A model generated the notes under the pieces. The model was given only the letters and a program-made list of their open reading frames with translations. It made no database searches and was not told where the DNA came from. Shown one piece after another: positions 1 through 12,895 of a stretch of 64,000 nucleotides of DNA. How positions within the stretch are numbered: position 1 is the first letter of the stretch; every line of letters starts with the position of its first letter. Origin of the DNA: Fistulifera solaris (taxonomy: Eukaryota); the NCBI GenBank assembly GCA_030295235.1, contig AP026153.1, positions 124,001-188,000 on the forward strand, written 5' to 3'. The position numbers were made by a program, and so were the translations under genes.

Positions 1-69
1 GAAGAGGAAGACTGGCTAGGTAGTGCCCTAGACACCATCAAATGGATGAGATCATTACGTCCTGAATGA
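1..69 (+). CDS. possible 3' end of an upstream gene (EEEDWLGSALDTIKWMRSLRPE*)
   Basis: Open frame from base 1 to TGA at 67-69, followed by AT-rich sequence. Too short to identify. Confidence 0.25.
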   Translation, partial: EEEDWLGSALDTIKWMRSLRPE

Positions 70-464
70 AGAATCGACGTTAGTCTGCTGCGGGGCTTGA
101 AAACCTTGTTCATTACTTCAACGCCGTCGCACCTAGAAAGGTTTGCATCCCTTTTGTTCTTACACAAAATCATAACTGACGTCAAGGATAGTCTATTTTA
201 TATAATAAGTTTGCTGACAAACTATAAGGACAAAAGAGCCATCGTCAAAACTTCCTTCCGATTGATCAGAACTTGCGGGAAGGGTACACTCTGTACCACA
301 CTGCTTTATATCGAGAATACGAACAGTTTTCTTGTCGTCTTCTTTGGATCTGACCCTCATTCATTTTGCTCTTCCGCCCATTTCTTTTATCTTTGAAGGA
401 AGCGCACACGCAATAACACCTATCCACGTTACTTGGTTATTTGCGGACTGAAATTACAAATATA

Positions 465-2387
465 ATGGGAGCCTTTATCGATTCGATCGACGAAGCGGTC
501 AACGAATCACCCATTGGGCGATTCTTTGATCTCAAAGAACGAGGCAGCAAGTTATCGATCGAGTTTCGTGGAGCATTGGCCACTTTCATGAGCATGGCCT
601 ACATTCTTGCCGTCAATCCGCGCATTATTTCCGATAGTGGCGGCCCCTGTCCCTTTCCGGAAAGTGGTAACTTGTTTGAACCTGAATATTCCGCGTGCAT
701 TGAGGGCGTCAAAAGGAATTGATTACATCTACAGCTCTCGCTAGTATGTTCGGGTGCTTCGCCATGGGACTCGGTGCAAACTTGCCAGTGGCTTTAGCAC
801 CGGGTATGGGTATGAATGGTATGTACATTTTTGATTCCTCTTTTCCATCGGCATTTCTATACTCACTGGTAATCGCGATGTATCTTTCAGCTTACTTCAC
901 GTATAGGTGAGAAGAATTTGCGTGTTCATGTCGTTATAGCTCGCTTTCACTGACAAAGCTGCTTCATTTTCATAATTACAGTGTGGTTGGATTCCGCGGA
1001 ACAGGCAACATTTCGTATGAATCCGCGTGCACCGCTGTCTTGATTGAAGGCTTTATCTTCCTTTTCCTTGCAGTGACTGGTATTCGTTACTGGATCATCA
1101 AATTCATTCCTGAACCGGTTCGTTTGGCTACGCCGGCGGCCATCGGGGCGTTTCTGGCGCATTTGGGATTGCAGACAGCGGAAGGCATCGGATTGGTGGT
1201 CTCGGACATAGCGACGGCTGTGACTTTAGGAGCGTGTCCCCTTTCGAAACGGACCCCGATTGTGGCGCTCACACCGGATTGTGCCGCCAATACCAACTTT
1301 TGTGTGACGAGCGATGCTTACACTTGTGACGACGAAGGAGGGGTCATGACATCAGCCATGACATGGCTTGGGCTTCTGGGTATGGCCATTATGCTCATCT
1401 TGCTTGCATACAGGTAAGAGAAGCAACATGTATCTGAATCTGTCGGACAGTCAAGGTAATAGTCTCACTTTTCGTCACTTCATTCTCTGCAATCACAAGA
1501 TGGCGCTCGGCTTTTATTGTTGGCATCTCGTTTGTCACGTTTATATCGTGGTTCCGTGACACTGCTGTTACATATTTCCCGAATGACGACATCGGCGACG
1601 CACGCTTCGAGTATTTCAAACAGGTTGTCTCGATAGAGCCCTTGGATAAAGTCTTAGCACCCTTCACCAACGAACTGAGCGACGCCGGCGTGGCTCTATT
1701 CACGTTTCTTTACGTTGACTTTCTTGATACCAGTGTAAGGCTTATGTTTGTTTCAATTCGATCTGTATACAAACACTCATCGTGGTTTATTTTTCAGGGA
1801 ACTCTCTTAGGAATTGTGTCAGCAATGGGCTACGTAAACGAGGAAGGAGATTTTCCCAAATCGTATTTTGCTTACAGCGCCGATGCTCTTGCCACCATTT
1901 TTGGCAGTATTTTCGGCCTTAGCCCTGTAACATCGTACATTGAAAGTGGAAGTGGTGTGGAAGCTGGCAGTCGTACAGGTTTGACTGCTGTATTTTGTGG
2001 CTTTTTCTTCTTTCTGAGTCTATTCTTTGCGCCGATCATTGCCAGCATTCCCGCCTGGGCCATCGGAGGTGCCTTGATCATTGTAGGCTCCTTAGTGGCA
2101 CGCAGTTTGGCCAAGGTCAAATGGTATGATTAACTGACGCAGCGACGGCTTTCATCACGGTGATGGTGATGCCCTTGACGTACTCTATTGCGTACGGACT
2201 TATTGCCGGCATCGGAACTTATGTCGTCTTGCACGGAACCTTTCATTTTCTTGCTCTATTCGGTATTGAGAAGCCTGTCTTCGAGGACCCCGAGCTTGCG
2301 CAACAAGAGAAAGTGATCGATCAGACGAACTCGACCAGGAAAGACGAGAAAAGCGACGAGGACGATGATGATGATGAACATGCATGA
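465..2387 (+). CDS. AzgA/NCS2-family purine (adenine/guanine/hypoxanthine) permease
   Basis: Motifs [59 protein letters not shown] and [10 protein letters not shown]. Introns at 819-890, 907-981, 1414-1499 and 1735-1797. Single-base frameshifts near 719 and 2130. Confidence 0.9.
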
Positions 2388-2827
2388 GATACATGTACTA
2401 CGTATTTGGTAGCGAAGATTAAGTTCATTGTTTTTATTTTGTATATATTTCAGACGTTTGTGCATAATGACTGGTGATTTGATGAAAGATGAATGACGAA
2501 GCAAAAGTGAGGATGCGGGGGACCAAAGAGCCAAGAAGGCACTTTCAATACTGTATTTCAACGTCAGTTGATTGGAAAATTGCTTGTTATCCGTTGAAAT
2601 TTCCGTATAAGGTCCTATGTACTACTAAGCCGTCTGGCGCGCCAATGTGGTTTCTGGTTTCATAAAACGATATTCATTCATTTCATGACTTTTTGAGATT
2701 TCCTATCACAACGTCAACGTCTTTTCAAAAACGATGCACACTGCTGTTTTGATCCGTAAGCCATTTTCAACAAGATAGACGAACGTAGAAGAAAGAGAAT
2801 CTAAGACGAGAGAAGGCAGCATGCAGA

Positions 2828-4519
2828 ATGAACCAACTGCGAGACGAGGAGACAGTAAGTCTCACCGCCAATCAAAAGCCATCATCGCCCTACGTTCGAG
2901 GGCGACGCCGTGCCTCTTTAGCACTGATTGCTTCGCTTCTTGGCTTTTCTGCCATCGTTTTTCGTACCTCTACAAGACTGGATCCGCGGGTTGACTCGGT
3001 TGTGTCAAGAAATAAGAAATCAAACTCTGACCATGAGGATTCGTTCTGTTACATAGCTGGCAAGGCACCACTTGATCGAGCGCTTGATATACTCGAGCTC
3101 AGGCGACGCGCTGAAGTAGGTCTCAATCAATCGAATCCGCAACAAGCCGTTACTTCGTTGAATCGAACAGCTGCAGCATTCCCACAGTCACCGGCGAAGT
3201 TCATGGAAAAGTTGTCGAGAGACCACAATAATTGGTTCTTTGGGGTGACATTTGATTTTTCAGCAATCGATACTGCCGGACACCCGATGACTGTAGGAGG
3301 GGATGAGTTTGTATTAACTCTTCAGGGCTGGTCGTTGGAGTATTCATTCAAAACATCCGTGTATGCGACGGATCTTCATAATGGAACGTATAAATTTACA
3401 GCCACTTTACCGAGACATCGTATTGAGCACATGAATGTCACGCTGATGCATTATTATACGGCTTACGAGGGATTTGGCTACTACGGTATTCAAGGCAGTA
3501 AATATAGAGGCATATCAGTTGATTTAGATCACGGTCCTCTCATGGTTGAATTGCCGAAAAACGTTCTTGACTATCTGGATAACGTCCAGGATACGACAAG
3601 TCTACAATCTGCGTTAGAAGCTCGTCCTCCTTGCCAGTCGACACAAGAAGGTGTTGACCAGCTCATGGCCGGCATCTGGATTGAGCAAGGATTGCCTGTT
3701 TATAATGATTTGTCGCTCGAAGCTAAGTGGGAACCCTTTTGCTGTCGACCTCCGAAGGTCAGAAAGTCGGACGAAATACAATTTTTCCGGATTGGATCGT
3801 CTACAATGCCTTTGCCGTCCGTGCACGTGGGTGATGCATACGATCTCCAGCGTCCGTTTCATGAGCGATGGGTTGATGCTTTGTTGAATACTCTTCCGCG
3901 CTCCACAGTCAATGATACAGTTTTATTTTCGGCTGGTCTTCATCAACTTCTATACGGGTATAATCCAGAGACAGCGGCCGTGCTCGTAAAACGTATGATA
4001 TGTCAGATTGCTGCCGTTTTTCCGGGTAAAATTATTTATGTTGGACCGTGCCCTATCCAGCAACAGCTTTTTCGCAAGATTGACATGACGGATCAGCACG
4101 TGCTTCTTTTAAATGCAATGCTTCGAAAAGAAGTAGTAAATGATCTTGGCGGTCAATTACACTCGTTTTGTCACGGTGTCGACTTGGCTCTTATGGTTTC
4201 CTACCCAGACACTGAAAGCGGTGCTCTTTTGAATCCAGAGAAGACACGAGATGCAGTAGAGAGGCAGCGGAAACGTGTACCCGAGACGGAATCGGAACTT
4301 GCATTGATTAACAAACTTCGCTTATCACAGACAGATAATTCCAACCGCACTCTTTACTTCGCTGAGATTAACGATTTTTTGCGTCCTAGACCCGAAACCT
4401 ACCGCGAAAACGACAAAGTCCACGATATTCGCCAATTCGACAAGGGCATGCTATTCTTTGGTGCTCATTCGACGGTAATAGAACACTTGATGATTCTGAG
4501 GAATCTAGGCGATTTTTAG
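2828..4519 (+). CDS. type II membrane protein, NXPE/PC-esterase (SGNH)-like O-acyltransferase/esterase
   Basis: 563-aa intronless ORF with an N-terminal TM anchor. Ig/filamin-like motifs AIDTAGHPMTVGGDEF and DLHNGTY, then WEPFCC, IGSSTM (GDS-like), LFSAGLH and a C-terminal DKVH (DxxH). Confidence 0.6.
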   Translation: MNQLRDEETVSLTANQKPSSPYVRGRRRASLALIASLLGFSAIVFRTSTRLDPRVDSVVSRNKKSNSDHEDSFCYIAGKAPLDRALDILELRRRAEVGLNQSNPQQAVTSLNRTAAAFPQSPAKFMEKLSRDHNNWFFGVTFDFSAIDTAGHPMTVGGDEFVLTLQGWSLEYSFKTSVYATDLHNGTYKFTATLPRHRIEHMNVTLMHYYTAYEGFGYYGIQGSKYRGISVDLDHGPLMVELPKNVLDYLDNVQDTTSLQSALEARPPCQSTQEGVDQLMAGIWIEQGLPVYNDLSLEAKWEPFCCRPPKVRKSDEIQFFRIGSSTMPLPSVHVGDAYDLQRPFHERWVDALLNTLPRSTVNDTVLFSAGLHQLLYGYNPETAAVLVKRMICQIAAVFPGKIIYVGPCPIQQQLFRKIDMTDQHVLLLNAMLRKEVVNDLGGQLHSFCHGVDLALMVSYPDTESGALLNPEKTRDAVERQRKRVPETESELALINKLRLSQTDNSNRTLYFAEINDFLRPRPETYRENDKVHDIRQFDKGMLFFGAHSTVIEHLMILRNLGDF

Positions 4520-4883
4520 AAACCAAGAGCCTGTAACGCTCTGTTGTTGTGTTCGCCTATTGGTAAGAAAGACTAGTTTGGATGACTGGAATACTAGCCT
4601 GGGTGAGAAGAGAAAAAATAATTACTCGGAGGATCCGCCAACGATGAGTTATCCCGTAGCCATAGTACCTCTAGTGACCAGAACTTGTAGTGTCTGGCCG
4701 TCGTAAACATCTTTTACCACGATCCGCACGCAGTCAGAGCCAGAGGAGACGATGATGATAATATTATCATCATCGTCTCCTCTGGCTCTGCAATATTTCG
4801 CTATCAGTATCATATTAGTCTTAACACTTCATTGCCTCCCAATTCAACTCGTTTCACCATCATTTGCCTGCAATCTTTCAACA

Positions 4884-5354
4884 ATGAGTTCATTAAAGAA
4901 GCTTCCTCCGGAAGTCGTGCGCGAGCTATTGCGGCACGTGAATAAGGCGCCGAAAAAAGGCCCGCCTCAGCCACAACAAACGTCTTCCACGATGAAATGG
5001 GTCCTTGGAGGTTGTCTTACTTTGACAGCAGCTGCGGGCTCATTTCCACTCGTAGCACATTGGTGGATAGGAAATTTGAACGAAAAAGATGAAGCACTGA
5101 CGGCGCCTCAAGTGCGAAGGGGAGCATTTATGAATTCGGGCTCCAAAGATGTCGGCAAGGACCCGAACTGGGATTTTCGAACAGGACAGTATAAGAAAGA
5201 TGCAGGATATTATGCAATTTACCAAGAGGATGAGGAACAAAAGAAGAAGAAAAAGCTTTCTGCTGAGTTTTATGCTGCTTCCAATTTGGATAAACATCAA
5301 GAGGCCATGGAAGCTTTTGCGAAAGGAGAGCGACGAAGAAACCAACTCGGTTGA
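4884..5354 (+). CDS. small single-TM hypothetical protein, possibly mitochondrial
   Basis: ATG in acaATG context, one hydrophobic segment, and a conserved-looking motif RRGAFMNSGSKDVGKDPNWD. Confidence 0.6.
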   Translation: MSSLKKLPPEVVRELLRHVNKAPKKGPPQPQQTSSTMKWVLGGCLTLTAAAGSFPLVAHWWIGNLNEKDEALTAPQVRRGAFMNSGSKDVGKDPNWDFRTGQYKKDAGYYAIYQEDEEQKKKKKLSAEFYAASNLDKHQEAMEAFAKGERRRNQLG

Positions 5355-5804
5355 TTGGTTGCGTTGCTGCTTATTCAAAGCGTCAGCGTAGTCTATGCAA
5401 AGCAAGAATATCTCGCAACTAGTTCCATCCGCCACATATCAATATAGGGAGCAAACGAAGCATAGAGTTAAAGAAAGAGAAGACTATAGAGCGGCTACTC
5501 TCTTCCTGGTTTATTTTAGTAACAATTTTTCGTAAAACTATCATTTTTCTTTTCATGACTTCTTTAGTTGGACTAGACGTATCGATTGATAGTTACGCCG
5601 AAGGCCTTTAATCGGCACTGCGAACGTTCTCCACGATGTTCTAAAACTTAGCGTGACTGACTGTGTGACGTGGAGTGGAAAAACCGAACCCTTATTTCGT
5701 TCGAAGGCGAAGCCTCATCTCAAAGTTGACACTTCCGAGATTTCTGTCGGACGCTCTCACATTCACATCTCATTAGTCATTTTCAAATACTTGAATGAAC
5801 CAAC

Positions 5805-7755
5805 ATGAACCTCAAACATCTTCTTTTACTACTCTCAGTCTCTTATGTTAGTCCTTTCGTTGTGCTGAATCGAGAACGAAGTCGCACAAGCACCTTTACT
5901 CTCAGGAGTAGCACCAAATTACCTCCTGTCAAAAATGAAACAAAAACTTCTATAGACGACAACTTGCTATCCAGTCCTTCTGGTAAACTTGACTTTCAAG
6001 AACCGAGCTTTCCTCAAAGTTTAGAAACAACGAAAGTCAAATCCGGACGAAAAGAGTTGTGGTTTGATGAAAATTCGGGACGCTTCTACGAAGCTGGAGG
6101 AAACGAGAAAATACCGATTGCAACCTTGTTTGAAAGGACATTAGACACCATCGAAGATGCCGCTATTCATGCTCGACGTATACCCTATGATAAAGGCTGG
6201 ATTGATCCTCCGGAACTGGAACAAATGAGTCGGAAAACAGTCGTGGTTCTCGGAAGCGGATGGGCGTCTCACGCCCTGATGAAAGTAGCAGACACTTACA
6301 AGATTCGTCTCATTGTCGTGTCGCCGACCAATCACTTTGTCTTCACACCAAGTAAGTCTTTCTAGGAATTGTTGCTTAATTCTTCTTTCATAACTCTGAC
6401 GAAAACTTTCTGTGCTCCTTCAGTGTTGGCTTCGGCGTCGGTCGGCACCATCGAATACCGAAGCATGACCGAAGCCGTTCGTGCTTCCAATCCTCTAATG
6501 GATAACTACATCGAAGGCAAAGCTATCGATGTCGATGTAGAAAACAAATTGCTTACGGTCCAATTGAAAGACTTGCTCAAGGATACTCGCAAAGGTGAAG
6601 CGCCGATTCAACAGATTCCCTACGATCATCTGGTAGTGGCAGTGGGGTGTCGCGTTGCGAATACCATCGTTCCCGGTGCGAAAGAATATAGTTATAAGCT
6701 AAAGACCTGCGAAGATGCTCGGAAGCTTCGGTTGGCGGTAGGAGAGTGTTTGGAATACGCCAGTCGACCCAATGTGGCACCGGATAAGTTCCTACCGGAA
6801 GCAATCGCCCTCGCCCGAGAACAAGACCGACGGAAGCGATTGACCTGGGTCATTGTAGGTGGCGGGCCCACGGGGGTCGAGCTCGCTGGAGAGCTTTCGG
6901 ATTTTGTACGGGACATTACGCGTGATCGAGTTGGTCCGTATCACAGACTTCTTGGTGAAATTCAGATCATTTTGGTTCATGGTGGAGACAGACTCGTGCA
7001 GGCGTTCGAAGAGGAACTGAGTACACATGCGTTATCATCACTCGAAAAGCAAGGCGTTCAAGTTCGATTAAATACTCGTGTCAAAGAAGTAGGAGACGGT
7101 TGGATTCGCCTTATCTCTAAGGACTCCGGAGACGAGGAAGAAATCCCGATTAGTCTCTCCGTGTGGGCTGCGGGAATCGCACCGGTTCCTTTCATTGAAA
7201 CGCTGTTATCCAAATTACCACCCGAGGCTAGAGGAGCGAATGGTCGTGTGAGTGTGGATAAGTGGTTGCGCTGTCCAACCTATTCACCCGAGACTTTTGG
7301 AAGTATTCTCGTTGTGGGAGATGCAGCAGCCTTCACTCGTGAACGACGACGAATCTGATCTATTGCCTCAAACCGCTCAAGTTGCTGGTCAGCAGGGAGC
7401 TTACGGGCGCCGAATGCTAGACAGGGGATATGATCTATCAATAACACCTCCGGTAATTCCTTCTCACCACAAGCACGAGGTTCTGGTGGATGCATGGCTC
7501 CGTGCACGTGGTTTGCAGGAAGCAGCCGGCTTTTCATTTCTCAACTTGGGTTTGTTGGCGTACCTTGGCCAAGGACAAGCTCTAAGTCAAGTCCAGTTGG
7601 GTGACGTACCTCTTTTTAGCTACGCAGGTAGCGTTTCCTTTATTTTGTGGAGATCAGTTTATCTTGTCAAACAGGTTGCTACGCGAAATCGAGTCTTAGT
7701 CTTGTTCGATTGGTTCAAATGCAAGATTTTTGGACGAGATATCACCAGGTTTTGA
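5805..7755 (+). CDS. type II NAD(P)H:quinone oxidoreductase (NDH-2), probably plastid-targeted
   Basis: [60 protein letters not shown] and WRSVYL. Signal peptide ends VSP-F. Intron at 6352-6423, frameshift near 7335. Confidence 0.9.
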
Positions 7756-8479
7756 TAAATTGCATCAAGTGGCATCATAGTCTCTTGCAATTCTATAGTA
7801 AGACAAACATCATCAAATGGTATCGTGACAAGCAGTAACGAAGCACACACTACGAATGCAAATTTATCATTGAACAGGACCGAAACTTACTAAGCACAAA
7901 ATAATCAATCGTTTCGATTCTTCGTATACTATATTGACTCTTCAAGAGTGTTAACTAAGAAATATATTGATAATCAAACCGAAAGCTTCGCGGTACTCGA
8001 TTCACTGTTGTGTCAAACAAATTCCTTAGCAAGCACTGTCAAAAAAGCAAGTTGTTTTTAGATACCTGACAAAAACTTAATCGTCAACGTCACAGCCGAA
8101 GAACATGAATCATTTGATTAGATAAAATCTTTCCATATTTCATCCCGCAAGCTGCCTGAAAACGAGCACTCTCACACTTTACACTTGAACTATTGAATTT
8201 TGTCAGTCGGGTTTTGCAGACAAGCAAAGATGTACTCAAACGAGGCCGTGTGTGGTAACAATTCATTTTCAGTTTCAATCACCCATAGACCAAAGCGTTG
8301 TCCTCATGAACAAAAAATTGTTGTTTAGCTGTAAACATATGTCGTGCGATGTCAAAATATGACCTTTAAGAACAAGCAATGGGAACCAAAATGCCAATTT
8401 GATGTAAACGTGGCAAGGATAAAAGAGTAGGAAGCGTAGTTTCATTAACGGCATTTTATAAAATCTGGTTTGACTAACA

Positions 8480-9320
8480 AAATTGAAAACGATGGATTCG
8501 GTAAACGATTTGCGGCAAAACAGTGGATAGTTCAGTGCAATGTCAAAAAATATGGTGAACACCCATAAACAAATGTACGCCGGAACGAGAAATGCATGCT
8601 TTTGTGGATTGGATTCTGAGGATAACATCCCTTCGACAAAACATAATAAGTGGATAACCTCAAAGATTATCATTATACTTAACAACTTTACTGATATGAC
8701 GAAGGTCAAGCACGTTGCGCCAAGTGAAAACTAGCATTGGGAACTGGAAAAATAGGTGGAGATGGTTTAGACTTGGACTAAGCACGGTTCGTATCTAAAT
8801 TCAAGTTGGTTATCGATATATCGAGGACGTGAGGGTTTGTGACTACCGTTGCTGTTTCTTGAGTGTTGGCACAGGCATCGACTTCATCCATGTAGACGGG
8901 TTGGTAATCTTCTCCCGTTGCTTAGAAGCGTCGCGCGATACCGAGAAATCCTACTTTACAACATTCCTTTTAAAGCGGTTTCACTTACCAACATAAAAAC
9001 GATTGAATCGTTAAACGAAAAAGAATAAAAATGTACGCCGGAAGAAAAATAGCATGCTTTTGTGGACTGAGTTCTAAGGATCGCATCCTTTCAACGAAAA
9101 CATAATACGTGGATTCCTTCAAAGATAAATATATTGAATGTATAAAAACTAAAACCGACGTGTAGATCCTCTTGTATTTTGCCTATCTTCAAAGTACCAT
9201 GAGGAAATAGATATTGAGGTGGAGATGGGGAGGACCTTGACCTAGCAGGGTTCGTATCTAGGGCCAAGTTGGGTATCGATAACGCGAGAGCAGACGTTGT
9301 CACAACGACTGGAACCAATA
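8480..9320 (+). repeat. degenerate tandem duplication (~460-bp offset), likely a pseudogene relic
   Basis: ATGTACGCCGGA...GCATGCTTTTGTGGA...AAAACATAATA at 8573 and 9031. GGTTCGTATCTA...CAAGTTGG.TATCGATA at 8786 and 9249. Both copies contain stops or frameshifts. Confidence 0.7.
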
Positions 9321-10857
9321 ACTAGGAAGAAAAGCGTCGCACGTGCATGAGTTTTATTGGTCTTTCAACCAAAGCGAGTTAACCACATCGGTTTTATAAG
9401 ACAAGGCAACGAATCCTGTCAAAATGGTTGCAATTATTGGCTTCTCTATCTTTATCTTTATATTCAGTGGATAATTGATCTCGAGGAGATTTGCCGCTAC
9501 AAGTGAACAAGCTATTATTTGGTCTTCGACGTATAAAATCAATACTTTTTTCGTTTTGCCGCAACAGCCTACCATTATGTCAGCTATGTGCGAAAAAATA
9601 TCCGTATTTCTTTATCCTCAATGTCTTTTAAACTTTGCCTAAAATTAAGCTGCTACGTATTTTTCTAACCTGTTATCTGAAAACTCTAAGCATCCTTTCG
9701 AAAGCCTGGCCGTCAGAATTACTTTGACCTTCATTCAGTGTCCCGAAAAGAATTGTAGATTTTGATAGATTTTCGAAATTTTATATTTTGCCCTATGTTT
9801 GATCCTTAAGTTACGCTATTGCTCTGTTCGGTAAGCCTGTAAAAACCAATGTGGGGAATATGGTTTAGTTCGATGGATATTAGCCCTCTTACCAACTAAA
9901 CCTTAACAAGATCACAGGATGGAAAGTCTATTCCGTTGATAGAGCCACGAAATTTACATAATGGTTCTATGTTCCGCCGATAAGTCATAAGATTGCTGTG
10001 GACGTTGCTTCACTCGATAAGCCTGTGAAAAACAGTTTTAAGTGGCTGAAACAGTGAAAAGCGGTCTTGTTAGTAACACAAAGAATCCATGTATTTTATT
10101 TTTAAGGTTTAAGTCATGCCTCGACTATCAAACTTCAGCAAGCGGCGACGGAATTGACTTGCTAAGGCAACAATAAGGTGAACGGTTCGTACTTCCTGAG
10201 TATCGTTGCTCCGCTTAACATCTCTTTAAAAATTTAAAGTTATGTGGCTTCTGGTGATTCATTGAAACCGTTAGCGTTCATGAAGGTTCTCGCCAAAGAT
10301 TTTTTTGTGGTCTCAATAGCGGCAAAGGACTTTTTCAGCCATCTCTACATATGTCCCTTCTTTCCGTCTCGATCTTGTTTATGAGTTTTTAGTATTGGGT
10401 TTTTCGCAAGTACTTTCTACTCATGAAACGACGGTAGCCCCTAAGGTTGCACGGTTTGCCAGGTAAACCAATTTTAACGGTGGAGCGCGATTTTTAGCAT
10501 TTTGAATCGGATTTTACTCGGTGTCGAGAGACGAGACAATGGCAACATTGAAGCCGCTCTTTAAAGGGACTCATGATCTTTCCTGGAGGACTTTTTAGTT
10601 TTCTATGATTACGGCGGTCATGATTCATTCAATGATAGATGAAGACGAATGTGGAAGGTCCAGCCATGAGCCATGAGCTCACTTAGTTTCTTATACTTAA
10701 CCCTAATTACGTTTTGAAAAAAGTCAAGTCCAGTCCCGTTTGAGATGCCGAAACGGCGAGTTTATTTTCTTCAACGTTAGGACCATGGGACGAGCTACTG
10801 GTATGAAGCCCGTTCGTTCAGCAAGGGAGGTAAGGAATTCACGAGGAAAACACAATA

Positions 10858-12291
10858 ATGCGTGATTTGACAGCAAAGATCACTTTAAGATTTGGACGGC
10901 GCTTTCTACGTCAACATTCGGACAAAAGTTTGGGCCGACCCGTGCAACTGTCAAATTTCACTGCATGGCGGAGACAGACCACTGCTGCTCACTCCAAGTC
11001 ATTATTAGAAGTTTACGATGACATGATCGCAAAGGGGAATATTCTGTCGGATCCTCATCAAGTGGTTGCGCTCAAAGAGCTAGAACGATTACGAAAAAAT
11101 TTAATGCAGCACAAACCACCCAAGTTCACGAAAGCTGCGCTTAACACGCCTCCTTCCATCAATAATACATCGTCGTGGTGCGGGTTTGGAGCGTTATCGA
11201 CAGAAGTCTTCGCACAAAAGAGTTCTCTCCATGGGATATACTTACACGGGGGTGTCGGCTGTGGCAAGACTTTCTGTATGAATTTATTCTTCGATTCGAT
11301 CGACAGCAATTGCTCCTGGTCAAAACAAAAGGTTCACTTCCACAAATTCATGCTACGCGTACATCAAGAAATGCATGCGGCAAGAGGTAAGGGCAACGCT
11401 GACGCTATTATGCCCACTGTCGTTGATTCGGTGGCGGCACGTGGGGCGCTGATATGTCTCGATGAGTTTCAGGTAACCGATGTTGCGGATGCGCTCATCT
11501 TACAGCGATTATTCACGGGCCTATGGGACAAGGGATGTGTCCTCGTAGCAACATCAAACCGGCCTCCACAGGATCTATATTTGAATGGCTTGCAGCGTGC
11601 AAGGTTCCTGCCATTCATTGATCTTCTTCGAGAAGAGTGCAACGTGGTTAGCATGGACGAGAGCGAAACGGACTATCGGTTGGTGCAAAATTAGAATCCG
11701 GAAGTATACCGGTATATTTCACCAGTGAGGCTTCCGAAAAGAAAGCGTTTGACAAACTGTTTTATGACTTGGTGGGAAGCAGTGCCGTCGCCCCTACCCA
11801 ACTAGAAACAAATGGACGAAAAATTGTTGTTCCACAAGCCACGCTGAAGAAAGGCATCTGCAGGTTTGACTTTGCAGATTTATGTAAAAAAAGCTATGGG
11901 TGCAGCAGATTATTTAGTAATTGGGCAGTCCTTCGACACAGTGTTTGTGGAAAATGTACCGACTCTGACTCTCAACGAAATTAACTGGATACGTCGCTTC
12001 ATTATCTTTGTCGACGCCATGTACGAAAGTAATGTGAAGCTGATTCTTCAAGGCGCTAAAGCAGCACATGAGCTGGTGCAAGTAGATAAATCTGAAACGG
12101 GAACAAGTCACGATGAAATTTTTGCGTTTGATCGAACAGTTAGCCGACTAATGGAGATGTCCAGCGCTTCGTACTTGAAGCGCAAATGGAAATCACACAC
12201 ACCAGACAATCCTGCTGCCATGCTCTCCCAATCTCGCGCGACAGTCAGCGTTCAACCTAGTTTGGGGGATTCTAAAGAGCGCAGACAATGA
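10858..12291 (+). CDS. AFG1: AFG1/LACE1 (ZapE-like) mitochondrial ATPase
   Basis: GIYLHGGVGCGKT (Walker A), VHFHKFM, LICLDEFQVTDVADA, VATSNRPPQDLY, DYR, RRFIIFVDAMYE and FAFDRTVSRLMEM. A-run frameshifts near 11690 and 11890. Confidence 0.92.
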
Positions 12292-12364
12292 GTTATTAAG
12301 TTGTTTGTAATGACAACGATGTTGAAACAACAATGAGAGAAAGACGCTAGATTTGTCGGCGAGA

Positions 12365-12895
12365 TTATTGATGAAAAACTTCATTTTCTTGTAGCAATAG
12401 CAGCTTCTCTGACAAAACTAACATGGACCTTTCGTAGTGTTCCAACATTTGATCAAGGCGCGCCGTTAATCGTCTGGTACGCTGCTGGGTGTCGTTTAGT
12501 GTAGCTTCGAGCACTTCCAAGCCAACCGGATATTCGTCAGTTGGCTCCAGCAAAGGCGAAGCTAGTATATTGCTGTGATTGGGATCACTAATGACCAATT
12601 GTGAGATCATTTGCAAGTGCTCCAGAACTGCCTTGTAGTCTTGAGCAGATGCTAGAATTTCTTGTTGCCGGTAAAGCAGCGGGGCGATCCCTCCCGACGC
12701 ATTGTGAGTTAAAGCCGTTTTCGGGTCTAGCTCTTCCATCAGTGACGCAATGAGACTTCCTTCTTCGGAGTCCTTTAAAATATTAGTTTCCAGCCCTTGC
12801 AAACGTTCCTCGAGTGCGGCATCGTTGTTAGAGAAACCTGCCGCCGCCTCCAACTGTGCAATGCGATGTTCCAGCTTCATCAACCTTTCTGTCAT
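12365..12895 (-). CDS. coiled-coil protein, dynactin subunit 3 (p22/p24)-like
   Basis: N-terminal LEHRIAQLE, central QQEILAS and C-terminal MLEHYERSMLVLSEKLL resemble the DCTN3 pattern. 176 aa. Confidence 0.55.
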   Translation of the reverse strand: MTERLMKLEHRIAQLEAAAGFSNNDAALEERLQGLETNILKDSEEGSLIASLMEELDPKTALTHNASGGIAPLLYRQQEILASAQDYKAVLEHLQMISQLVISDPNHSNILASPLLEPTDEYPVGLEVLEATLNDTQQRTRRLTARLDQMLEHYERSMLVLSEKLLLLQENEVFHQ

